Shown here in pieces: positions 33,916 through 40,808 of a DNA stretch of 40,808 nt; the first letter of the stretch is position 1, and each line of letters begins with the position of its first letter. The stretch covers positions 1 to 40,808 of the forward strand of contig JBIKXY010000002.1 in assembly GCA_044355515.1 (NCBI GenBank). The letters are read 5' to 3'. The DNA comes from Pirellulales bacterium (GTDB lineage Bacteria; Planctomycetota; Planctomycetia; Pirellulales; UBA1268). Below the pieces are notes generated by a model. The model made no database searches. It worked only from the letters and a program-made list of their open reading frames with translations, and was not told where the DNA came from. The position numbers were made by a program, and so were the translations under genes.

Positions 33916-35115
33916 TTACGGGCCGATGGCGACGCAGACGGGAAGCAAAAGTTGCGGGGAATCCGGGTGGCCGGTCCGCAGCACGATCCGGCCGGGGGCC
34001 GCCCGCTCCGAGCAGATGTGGTTCACCGGCCGGCTTCCCGGCGGGATCACGATGTCGACGGGGATCCGCACGACGCCGCCGCCGGAGCCCACAGGGCTGC
34101 CCTGGCCGATCGTCACCTGGAGCGTCTGGGGCACCGTCTCCTCCACCGTGAGCCTGACGAGGTCGCGGTACGGCCCCTTGGCCGTGATGAAGAATCGCGT
34201 CCGCAGGCCAGCCTTGCCGGAAACCATTCCCAGCATCAGAGCCTGCCGGGAGGAATCCCATCCCGGTCCGACCGGCACAAGATCACCCCCGACACTTCCC
34301 TCGAGCGGCACCTCCGCCGTCACCCGCTCGGGCATCGTGAACGTGGCGGTGATGGTCTGCCGCAGGCGGCCGAGAGGCAGGCCCGGTCGAATCACGACGT
34401 CGACCCGAAAGCCGCCGGTGGCGCCGGTCTCCGCCGCGACCTCCTCGGCCGACAGGGGGGCCGTGGCAAGAGAGAAAAACTCCGCGGCCTGGGGATGATC
34501 GATCGTCACGCCCTGGACGACCGGGGGCTCCGACCCGTAGGTGTAGACCGTGGCCGAGGCCTGCTGACCGTCTGAGGCGGAGAGGCTCGCCAGCGCGATC
34601 GATTCCGGCACGGCCCGCCACGAGGGCACCACCGCACCCTCCACGACGAAGACCAGCTCCGGCCGGCGCGGATCGTCGGTGAGGATTGTCACCTGCTGGC
34701 GGAAGGGTCCGCCCGGCGGCTTGCCCTTCCAGTGCACCGTGACGAAAGTCACTTCGCCCGGCAGCACCACCTTCTCGGCATCAGGTGCGCCACCCTCGGC
34801 CGAGTCGAAGTCGCTCACCGTGCAGCTGCAACTGGTAGTGCCCCGCGTGAGCGTCAGCGGCCCGCCGCCGGTGTTCCTGATCTCGAACCGGTGGCTGCCG
34901 CTGGAGCCGGTGCCGATGGTACCGAAGGTATGCCGCGACTCGGGCACCTCTGCCCGGGGCGCGCTGGCCGGCACATCGCCCGCCAGGGGCGACAGGTCAC
35001 CGATCTGCCAGGGCGTCAGCGAGGCCCGCAGCGCGGCGCCGCCGGCCCCAACCAGGCTCCCGGTGACCAGCGCTGCCCCGGCCACCAGCCACGCGCTCGG
35101 TCCCTGCCATGCCAT
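33916..35115 (-). CDS. DUF1573-domain protein
   Basis: The start ATG 35115 (MAWQGPSAWLVAGAALVTGSLV) encodes a TM/signal anchor. The block HTFGTIGTGSSGSHRFEIRNTGGGPLTLTRGTTSCSCTV matches the DUF1573 signature pattern. The stop lies 21 nt before the cytochrome start. The track start at 35457 is a likely extension. Confidence 0.65.
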   Translation of the reverse strand: MAWQGPSAWLVAGAALVTGSLVGAGGAALRASLTPWQIGDLSPLAGDVPASAPRAEVPESRHTFGTIGTGSSGSHRFEIRNTGGGPLTLTRGTTSCSCTVSDFDSAEGGAPDAEKVVLPGEVTFVTVHWKGKPPGGPFRQQVTILTDDPRRPELVFVVEGAVVPSWRAVPESIALASLSASDGQQASATVYTYGSEPPVVQGVTIDHPQAAEFFSLATAPLSAEEVAAETGATGGFRVDVVIRPGLPLGRLRQTITATFTMPERVTAEVPLEGSVGGDLVPVGPGWDSSRQALMLGMVSGKAGLRTRFFITAKGPYRDLVRLTVEETVPQTLQVTIGQGSPVGSGGGVVRIPVDIVIPPGSRPVNHICSERAAPGRIVLRTGHPDSPQLLLPVCVAIGP

Positions 35116-35227
35116 TGGACGCCTGTTTCGGATTGAAGCGATCAGCCCGTATTGTAGCCCGTTGTCGGCGCCGGCGACCGAGGGCCGCCGGACGGAACCG
35201 GCCCACCGGCCCGGGGGGCAGGCGGCG

Positions 35228-36286
35228 TCACGCCAGCCAGGTCTTCGATCGCTCTCCGGGGACTTCCCGCACCAGCCGGGGCACCGCGTAGCCCGGGAGC
35301 CTCTCCCGGAGAACCTGATGGAGCCGGCGGGCGTCCTGCTCGGGCACCTCGAAGTGGGCCGCCCCGCGGACCCGGTCGAGGAGATGCAGGTAATACGGCA
35401 CCACGCCGATCTCCACGAGCCGCTCGGAGAGCGCGGCGAGCACGGCGGGCGAGTCATTCACGCCCCGCAGGAGCACGGCCTGGTTGAGCACCACGGCCGG
35501 CAGCCCGGCCAGCCGCCGCACGGCCAGCGTCACCGAGTCGTCAAGCTCGGCGGGATGGTTGGCATGGATCACGACCACGCGGGCCAGGCGGCTCCGGGCG
35601 AGCACCGCCACGAGCCCGTCGTCGACGCGGCTCGGCAACACGACCGGCAGCCGCGAGTGGATCCGCAACCGCCGCAGATGCGGGATCGCGTCGAGTCGCG
35701 CGACGATCGCGGCCAGGTCGTCGTCGTCGGCCAGGAGCGGATCGCCGCCGGAGAGGATCACTTCCGTCAACGAGTCGTCGGCGGCCACCGCGGCGACCGC
35801 CTGCTCGATTCCCCGCCGCGTCGCGCCACTTTCACCATAGGGAAACTCGCGGCGAAAACAGTAGCGGCAGTTGACCGCACAGCCGCCGGTCACGAGCACC
35901 AGCGCCCGGCCGTCGTACTTGTGGACGAGCCCAGGCGCGGCGAGAAACGAGCCCTCGGCCAGCGGGTCGGCCTCGAAGCCCGCCACGGCCCGCGTCTCGG
36001 CGGCGCGGGGCAACACCTGGAGCAAGAGCGGGTCGAGCGGGTCGCTGGGCCGCATCCGCGCCGCGAAGCCGCGGGGCACGAGAAACGGGAAGCCCGCGGT
36101 CGAAGCGGCCGCCGCCGCCGTGACAGCCGGGGGCAGGCCGAGGAAGCGGCCCAGATCGGCCGGATCACGAAAGGCCGCGGCCAGGTCCCTCCGCCAGGCG
36201 GACCGCGGCCCCGTGCCCGGAGGCAGGGCCGCGGGCACTGCCACCGCGGTCGCGTCGATTAGGTTGGTTTCGGTGCTCGCCGCCAT
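35228..36286 (-). CDS. epmB: KamA-family radical SAM lysine 2,3-aminomutase, EF-P beta-lysylation type
   Basis: The radical SAM cluster motif is CAVNCRYCFRREF. KamA-like blocks are present (LSGGDPL, RIHSRLPVV), and the gene is divergent from efp. Start ATG 36286 (MAASTETN) is preferred over the track start at 36448. Confidence 0.8.
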   Translation of the reverse strand: MAASTETNLIDATAVAVPAALPPGTGPRSAWRRDLAAAFRDPADLGRFLGLPPAVTAAAAASTAGFPFLVPRGFAARMRPSDPLDPLLLQVLPRAAETRAVAGFEADPLAEGSFLAAPGLVHKYDGRALVLVTGGCAVNCRYCFRREFPYGESGATRRGIEQAVAAVAADDSLTEVILSGGDPLLADDDDLAAIVARLDAIPHLRRLRIHSRLPVVLPSRVDDGLVAVLARSRLARVVVIHANHPAELDDSVTLAVRRLAGLPAVVLNQAVLLRGVNDSPAVLAALSERLVEIGVVPYYLHLLDRVRGAAHFEVPEQDARRLHQVLRERLPGYAVPRLVREVPGERSKTWLA

Positions 36287-36461
36287 GGCCCGCCGGCCTC
36301 CACGCCCCGCCGCGGCCGCGGCGTTGACATTTCCCGTCCGCATCGCGACTCTTGGGGCTCTTCGCGACGGAGAACCCCCGAGCATACGCCGGCGGCCTCG
36401 ACGCGAAAATCGTTCGGCCGCCGCGGCGGCCCTCCCCCGCTTTCCCACCAGGACAATCCCC

Positions 36462-37031
36462 GTGCCTGCCTACAACACGAGCGAGTTCAAGAAGGGTCTC
36501 AAGGTCCAGATCGACGGCGACCCCTACATCATGATCGAGTGCAACTTCGTGAAGCCGGGCAAGGGGCAGGCGCTCTACAAGTGCAAGCTCCGCAACCTGC
36601 TGCGGAACACCGTGCTCGACCGCACCTACAAGAGCGGCGACTCCCTCGACGCGGCCGACATCACCACGATCGACGCCCAGTTCCTCTACAAGCAGGGCGA
36701 GGCCTTCGTGTTCATGGATCAGGAGAGCTACGAGCAATACGAGCTCTCCAAGGAGCAGGTGGACGACTCCTGGAAGTGGATCAAGGAGGGCACCGTCTGC
36801 TCGATGCTGCTCTACAACGGCAACCCGATCTCGATGGAGCCGCCGCAGCACATGGCGCTGCTGGTGGAGTACGCCGAGCCGGCCGTCCGCGGCAACACCG
36901 CCACCAACCTCACCAAGCCGGTGAAGCTCGAGACGGGAGCCGAGATCCTCGTGCCCGCCTTCATCGAGCAGGGCGAGACCGTGAAGGTCGACACCCGCAC
37001 CGGCGAATACCTCGAGCGGGTGAAGGCGTAG
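36462..37031 (+). CDS. efp: elongation factor P
   Basis: The GTG at 36462 gives (M)PAYNTSEFKKGLKVQIDGDPYIMIECNFVKPGKGQALYKCKLRNL, which has the conserved KPGKGQA loop (the Lys-type modification site). The product is 189 aa. The track ORF 35871..37031 is an upstream extension. Confidence 0.9.
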   Translation: MPAYNTSEFKKGLKVQIDGDPYIMIECNFVKPGKGQALYKCKLRNLLRNTVLDRTYKSGDSLDAADITTIDAQFLYKQGEAFVFMDQESYEQYELSKEQVDDSWKWIKEGTVCSMLLYNGNPISMEPPQHMALLVEYAEPAVRGNTATNLTKPVKLETGAEILVPAFIEQGETVKVDTRTGEYLERVKA

Positions 37032-37110
37032 GGGCGGCCTTCCGCACGCAGGCTCGGTTCAACCCCATGCCATCTCGCGGACGCTCGGGGGGCCTTGCGC
37101 GCGCACGCTC

Positions 37111-37269
37111 GGGGCAATGCCCATGCCATCTCGCCGGACGCTCGCGACGGGCATCCTGCCCTTCGCTCGCTCGGAGAAAACCTCGCTTCGCCGACCAATC
37201 CGCTGCGCGGATCGGTACCCGGGCTACGCGAGGTTTTCTACGCCGCTCGACTGGCATGGGCCTTGCCCC
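37111..37269. repeat. nested long hairpin 3' of efp
   Basis: The outer stem is GGGGCAATGCCCATGCCA (37111-37128) / TGGCATGGGCCTTGCCCC (37252-37269), 18 bp with 1 mismatch. The middle stem is AGAAAACCTCGC (37175-37186) / GCGAGGTTTTCT (37228-37239), perfect. The inner stem is CCAATCCGC (37195-37203) / GCGGATCGG (37207-37215). In addition, the 24/25-nt direct repeat CCCATGCCATCTCGC(C)GGACGCTCG occurs at 37064-37087 and 37120-37144. Confidence 0.75.
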
Positions 37270-37314
37270 TCGCAGTCCATCGGTGGTCATGCACTGAATG
37301 CGATCAACCGGGAG

Positions 37315-37419
37315 CCGGGGGTGGAAGCCGGAGGAGCCTGGAGATTTCGCCCCCAGGACGCCGCCTTCACAAGCCGCACCGCGGCGAAATATCCCAGCGA
37401 CGGAGGCTTTCACCCCCGG
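37315..37419 (-). repeat. ~105-bp near-palindromic 3'-end element, copy B
   Basis: The reverse complement carries CCGGGGGTGAAAGCCTCCGTCGC, GGATATTTCGC, GCGAAATCTCCAGGCTCCTCCGGCTTCCACCCCCGG. This matches 19171..19277 in both arms, while the central ~30 nt differ. It lies 51 nt downstream of the proS stop on the minus strand. Confidence 0.85.
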
Positions 37420-37469
37420 CTCCCCATTCCACAGGAGCCTGACAGTGCAACCGCCGGGCGTAAAGCAAG

Positions 37470-38960
37470 TCAGTACGACCGCGCGAGCACGCTCCGCCGG
37501 GCCACCTCGCGGCCGGTCACGACACACGTGCCCGGATCGTCCGGCCCGTCCTGCGGAATGCACCGCACCGTGACTTTCAGCGGGTCGAGGACGGCGAGCA
37601 CCGCCGGGTCGTCGGCCACGTGCACCCAGGCGAAGCCGGCGTCGTCACGGGCGAAGTAGTCGGTCACCTCCGCCGCCGAGCCCAGCCGCACGCTCTTGGC
37701 CTCCCGGAAGGCCGCCGCCCGGTCGAAGAGGCCCTGCTGGATCTCGGCCAGGATCGCCGGCAGCCGCGTGGGCAACTCGGCCAGCGGGATCGCCTCCCGC
37801 TCCTTGGGGCCGCGGTCACGGCGACAGACGCTCGCCGCACCGGCGGCCAGATCCCGGGGGCCGATCTCGATCCGCACGGGCACGCCCTGCTTCACGTGCT
37901 GCCACACTTTGTCGCCGCCGCGGAGGTCGCGGGCGTCGGTCTTCACCCGGACGGGCTCCCCGGCGAACGTGGCGGCGGTGAGCGCCGCTTCAAGTTTCCC
38001 GCAGGCCTCGAGCACCGCCACCCGCTCCTCGTCAGACCGCGAGATCGGCAGGATCACGGCGTGATGCGGGGCGATCCGCGGCGGCAGCACGAGCCCGTCG
38101 TCGTCGGAGTGGGTCATGATCACGGCGCCGATCAAGCGAGTGGACACGCCCCATGAGGTCGTCCAGCAAAACTCCTCGGCGCCACTGGCACTGGCGAACT
38201 TGATGTTCTGGGCCTTGGCGAAGTTCTGGCCGAGAAAGTGCGAGGTGCCGGCCTGGAGGGCCTTGCCGTCCTGCATCATCGCCTCGATCGAGAGCGTATC
38301 GACCGCGCCCGGAAACCGCTCGCCGGCGGATTTAGGCCCCTTGATCACCGGCATCGCGAGGTCCCGCTCGGCGAAGGTGGCGTAAACGTCGAGCATCTTC
38401 CGCGTTTCCTCCTCGGCCTCTTCCCGGGTGGCGTGGGCCGTGTGCCCCTCCTGCCAGAGGAACTCGGCCGTCCGCAGAAACACCCGCGGTCGCATCTCCC
38501 AGCGCACCACGTTGGCCCACTGGTTGATGAGCACGGGCAGGTCCCGCCACGACTGGATCCATTTGGCATACATGGCGCCGATGATCGTCTCGCTGGTGGG
38601 CCGCACGACGAGCGGCTCCTCGAGCTTGCCGGTCGGGATCAGTTTGCCGTCGGGGCCGAGCTCCAGCCGGTGGTGCGTGACCACGGCGCACTCCTTGGCG
38701 AAGCCCTCGACGTGCTTGGCCTCCTGCTCCAAATACGAGAGCGGGATGAAGAGCGGGAAGTAGGCGTTGACGTGGCCCGTCGCCTTGAACATCCGGTCGA
38801 GAATCCCCTGCATCTGCTCCCAGATGGCGTAGCCGTGGGGTTTGATCACCATGCAGCCGCGGACGGGCGAGGTCTCGGCCAGGTCGGCCGCCCGCACCAC
38901 CTGCTGATACCACTCTGGGTAATCCTCGGCCCGTGTCGGGCTGATCGCGTTGGCCGGCAT
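37470..38960 (-). CDS. proS: prolyl-tRNA synthetase (archaeal/eukaryote-like short type)
   Basis: The sequence MPANAISPTRAEDYPEWYQQVVRAADLAETSPVRGCMVIKPHGYAIWE is followed by class II motifs (FRTAEFLWQEGHTAH, GTSHFLGQNFA). The product is 496 aa and has no INS editing insertion. Confidence 0.92.
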   Translation of the reverse strand: MPANAISPTRAEDYPEWYQQVVRAADLAETSPVRGCMVIKPHGYAIWEQMQGILDRMFKATGHVNAYFPLFIPLSYLEQEAKHVEGFAKECAVVTHHRLELGPDGKLIPTGKLEEPLVVRPTSETIIGAMYAKWIQSWRDLPVLINQWANVVRWEMRPRVFLRTAEFLWQEGHTAHATREEAEEETRKMLDVYATFAERDLAMPVIKGPKSAGERFPGAVDTLSIEAMMQDGKALQAGTSHFLGQNFAKAQNIKFASASGAEEFCWTTSWGVSTRLIGAVIMTHSDDDGLVLPPRIAPHHAVILPISRSDEERVAVLEACGKLEAALTAATFAGEPVRVKTDARDLRGGDKVWQHVKQGVPVRIEIGPRDLAAGAASVCRRDRGPKEREAIPLAELPTRLPAILAEIQQGLFDRAAAFREAKSVRLGSAAEVTDYFARDDAGFAWVHVADDPAVLAVLDPLKVTVRCIPQDGPDDPGTCVVTGREVARRSVLARSY

Positions 38961-39049
38961 CGGTCGCTTTGCTCCTCGGTGAAGGCCGGGATTGTAGCGG
39001 CGGCGGCCGCGTTTGTGGGACGGTCGCCGCCGCCCATAGACTGCCGGCG

Positions 39050-40015
39050 ATGGCGCGACGACTGATCTCGGAACTGCCGGCCCAGGCGAAGGTTGACCAG
39101 GTCTTCCTGGCGACCCACAAGCAGCTGCGGCCCAACCGCAACGGGCAGCTCTACATGCAGGTCGATCTGGCCGACAAGAGCGGCACGATCACCGGCCGGC
39201 TCTGGAACGCCTCCGACGCCGACTTCGACGCCTTCGAGGACGGCGACTACGTCCGCGTGGACGGCCACACCCAGCTCTACTCGGGCGCCCTGCAGATCAT
39301 CATCGCGGCGATCGAGCGGGCCGATCCCGGCACGGTGGACGAGCGGGAGTTTCGCGTGCTCACGCCGGTGGACGTCGAGCGGCTGTTCGTCGAGCTGCGG
39401 GGCCTGCTCGCCGGCCTGCGGCCGCCGCTGGATGCGCTCGTGGACGAGATCCTCGACGATGCGGCGCTGATGAACCGCTTCGCCGCCTCCCCGGCCGGCG
39501 TCAAGCACCACCACGCCTACGCCGGCGGCCTGCTCGACCATGTCGTGAACCTGCTGCGGTTGGCCGACCTCGTGGCCCCGCTCTACCCCGACATGGACCG
39601 CGACCTGCTGCTCGTGGGCGTGCTCGTGCACGACATCGGCAAGACGATCGAGCTCGAGAGCGAGAAGGGCTTCTCCTACACCGACTCGGGCCAGCTGCTC
39701 GGGCACGTGCTCCTGGGCCTCGAGATCGTGGACGCCAAGATCCGTGCGGTCGAGGCCCGCACCGGCACGCCCTTCGACGCCGAGACGGCCGTCAGGGTCA
39801 AGCACATGATCGCCAGCCACCACGGCTCCTACGAGTTCGGCGCCCCGCGGCTGCCGATGACGCTCGAGGCCGTGGCCCTCCACCACCTCGACCACCTCGA
39901 CGCCAAGATGGCCGGCACGATCCAGCTCCTGCGGGCCGAGGCCGCGCTCGACGGCGGCTGGACGCAGTATCAGCAGTCGCAGGGCCGCAAGTTTTTCCGG
40001 GGCACCTCGCCATGA
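39050..40015 (+). CDS. OB-fold + HD-domain protein, YhaM-like 3'-5' exoribonuclease
   Basis: The start is ATG 39050 (MARRLISEL...). The OB-fold-like N-terminus is YMQVDLADKSGTITGRLWNA...YVRVDGHTQLY. The HD motifs are HHHAYAGGLLDHV, LVHDIGK and ASHHG. The stop overlaps the rnr start (ATGA). Confidence 0.75.
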   Translation: MARRLISELPAQAKVDQVFLATHKQLRPNRNGQLYMQVDLADKSGTITGRLWNASDADFDAFEDGDYVRVDGHTQLYSGALQIIIAAIERADPGTVDEREFRVLTPVDVERLFVELRGLLAGLRPPLDALVDEILDDAALMNRFAASPAGVKHHHAYAGGLLDHVVNLLRLADLVAPLYPDMDRDLLLVGVLVHDIGKTIELESEKGFSYTDSGQLLGHVLLGLEIVDAKIRAVEARTGTPFDAETAVRVKHMIASHHGSYEFGAPRLPMTLEAVALHHLDHLDAKMAGTIQLLRAEAALDGGWTQYQQSQGRKFFRGTSP

Positions 40016-40808
40016 CCCGCCAACGGCCGAACTCCGAGAAGGCCGCCCGCCCCCCAGGCCGGCCCCCCGGCCGTGCCCAAGCCCGGCCCCAGGCCCGCAG
40101 CCGCGACGGCGACGTGACGGGCGTCTTTCGCCGGGCCGCCGGCGGCTACGGCTTCGTCCGGCCCGAGGGGGCCCTGCCGGGCGACCGCTCCGGCGACATC
40201 CATATTGCCGCCGCCGCCAGCCTCGACGCGGCCAGTGGCGACACCGTCCGCGTGCGGCTGTCGCGGGGCCGCGACGTCCGCCGGCCCGGCCCCGCCGGCG
40301 AGATCGTCGAGGTCATCGAGCGGAAGACCACCCGCTTTGTCGGCTCCTACTTCGAGCGGGCCGGCGTGGGCTGGGTGCAGGTGGACGGCACGAGCTTCAC
40401 GCGGCCCGTGGCCGTGGGCGACCCCGGCGCCAAGGGCGTGCACGTGGACGACAAGGTGGTGGTGGAGCTCGTCCGCTTCCCCACCCACCTCCGCGACGGC
40501 GAGGGGGTGGTCGTCGAGGTGCTGGGCCAGGCCGGCGACGTGGGCGTGGACACGCAGACGGTGATCCATGAATACGGCCTGCCGGGGGCCTTTCCCCAGG
40601 CGGCCCTCGACGACGCCCGGCGGCAGGCGGCGCAGTTCGACGAGACGGTGCCGGCCGGCCGCCGCGACCTCTCCGACCGCACGATCATCACGATCGACCC
40701 CGTCGATGCCCGCGATTTCGACGACGCGATCTCGCTCGAGCAGGTGGAGCGGGGCCACTGGCTCCTGGGCGTGCACATCGCCGACGTCTCGCACTTCGTC
40801 CGCGAGGG
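40012..40808 (+). CDS. rnr: ribonuclease R, N-terminal part (continues beyond the window)
   Basis: Not in the ORF track because it runs off the edge. Manual translation from ATG 40012 gives GYGFVRPEG...DIHIAAAASLDAASGDTVRV (cold-shock/OB region). It then gives RRDLSDRTIITIDPVDARDFDDAISLE...HWLLGVHIADVSHFV, which is the RNB-domain signature. Confidence 0.85.
   Translation, partial: MTRQRPNSEKAARPPGRPPGRAQARPQARSRDGDVTGVFRRAAGGYGFVRPEGALPGDRSGDIHIAAAASLDAASGDTVRVRLSRGRDVRRPGPAGEIVEVIERKTTRFVGSYFERAGVGWVQVDGTSFTRPVAVGDPGAKGVHVDDKVVVELVRFPTHLRDGEGVVVEVLGQAGDVGVDTQTVIHEYGLPGAFPQAALDDARRQAAQFDETVPAGRRDLSDRTIITIDPVDARDFDDAISLEQVERGHWLLGVHIADVSHFVRE

Noticed and set aside
32386-36262. The + strand ORFs 32386..34575 and 34679..36262, the minus-strand alternative-frame ORF 32519..34261, and the 35871..36461 extension of efp.
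   Set aside because: They are shadows of the minus-strand cytochrome, DUF1573 and epmB genes. efp begins at GTG 36462, where the conserved N-terminus starts.
38238-40794. The ORFs 38238..39065 (+), 38332..39141 (-), 38846..39895 (-) and 39970..40794 (-).
   Set aside because: They overlap proS, the YhaM-like gene and rnr, all of which have unambiguous motifs, and their translated composition is non-protein-like.

Overview
This is a high-GC (roughly 70%) chromosomal window. The gene style (DUF1573 protein, giant membrane gene, multihaem cytochrome, carotenoid genes) suggests Planctomycetota, but that is an inference. At this GC content all six frames stay open, so most ORFs in the track are shadows. 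I called genes from family motifs read in the translations, G/C third-position bias, RBS-like purine tracts and start/stop coupling. Three genes are not in the ORF track. Two run off the window edges (1..1729 minus; rnr 40012..40808 plus), and rpmF is only 59 aa.

Layout:
- 1-16.3 kb is a lipid and pigment neighbourhood. It holds a secreted hypothetical, a 1656-aa polytopic membrane protein ending in a patatin-like phospholipase domain, a four-gene carotenoid-modification operon (two CrtI-family enzymes, a PlsC-type acyltransferase, a GT2), an AAPV-repeat secreted protein, and an MFS + PlsC acyltransferase + degenerate adenylation-like fusion. A vapBC module and tRNA-Arg(ACG) follow.
- 16.5-40.8 kb is housekeeping: ruvC-ruvA-[repeats]-ruvB, rpmF-fabD-fabG, acpP-fabF-hypothetical-KAS paralogue, nusA-infB-rbfA-hypothetical-yebC, multihaem cytochrome + DUF1573 + epmB (minus strand), efp, proS (minus strand), and yhaM-like + rnr.

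Most unusual observations:
1. A FabF paralogue has all three catalytic-triad residues substituted (Cys/His/His to Glu/Gln/Asn). It sits in the acpP-fabF operon, separated from fabF by a secreted hypothetical.
2. Three structured non-coding repeat elements are present. A 151-bp hairpin element is duplicated in tandem inside the ruvA-ruvB junction. A ~105-bp near-palindromic element lies just 3' of ruvB and of proS, in the same orientation relative to transcription. A nested ~160-nt hairpin lies 3' of efp.
3. The giant membrane-patatin protein sits next to lysophospholipid-recycling-type genes.
4. A Lys/Pro/Ala-repeat protein with an EndoIII-like helix-hairpin-helix core is translationally coupled to rbfA.

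No CRISPR array, transposase, integrase or rRNA was seen.
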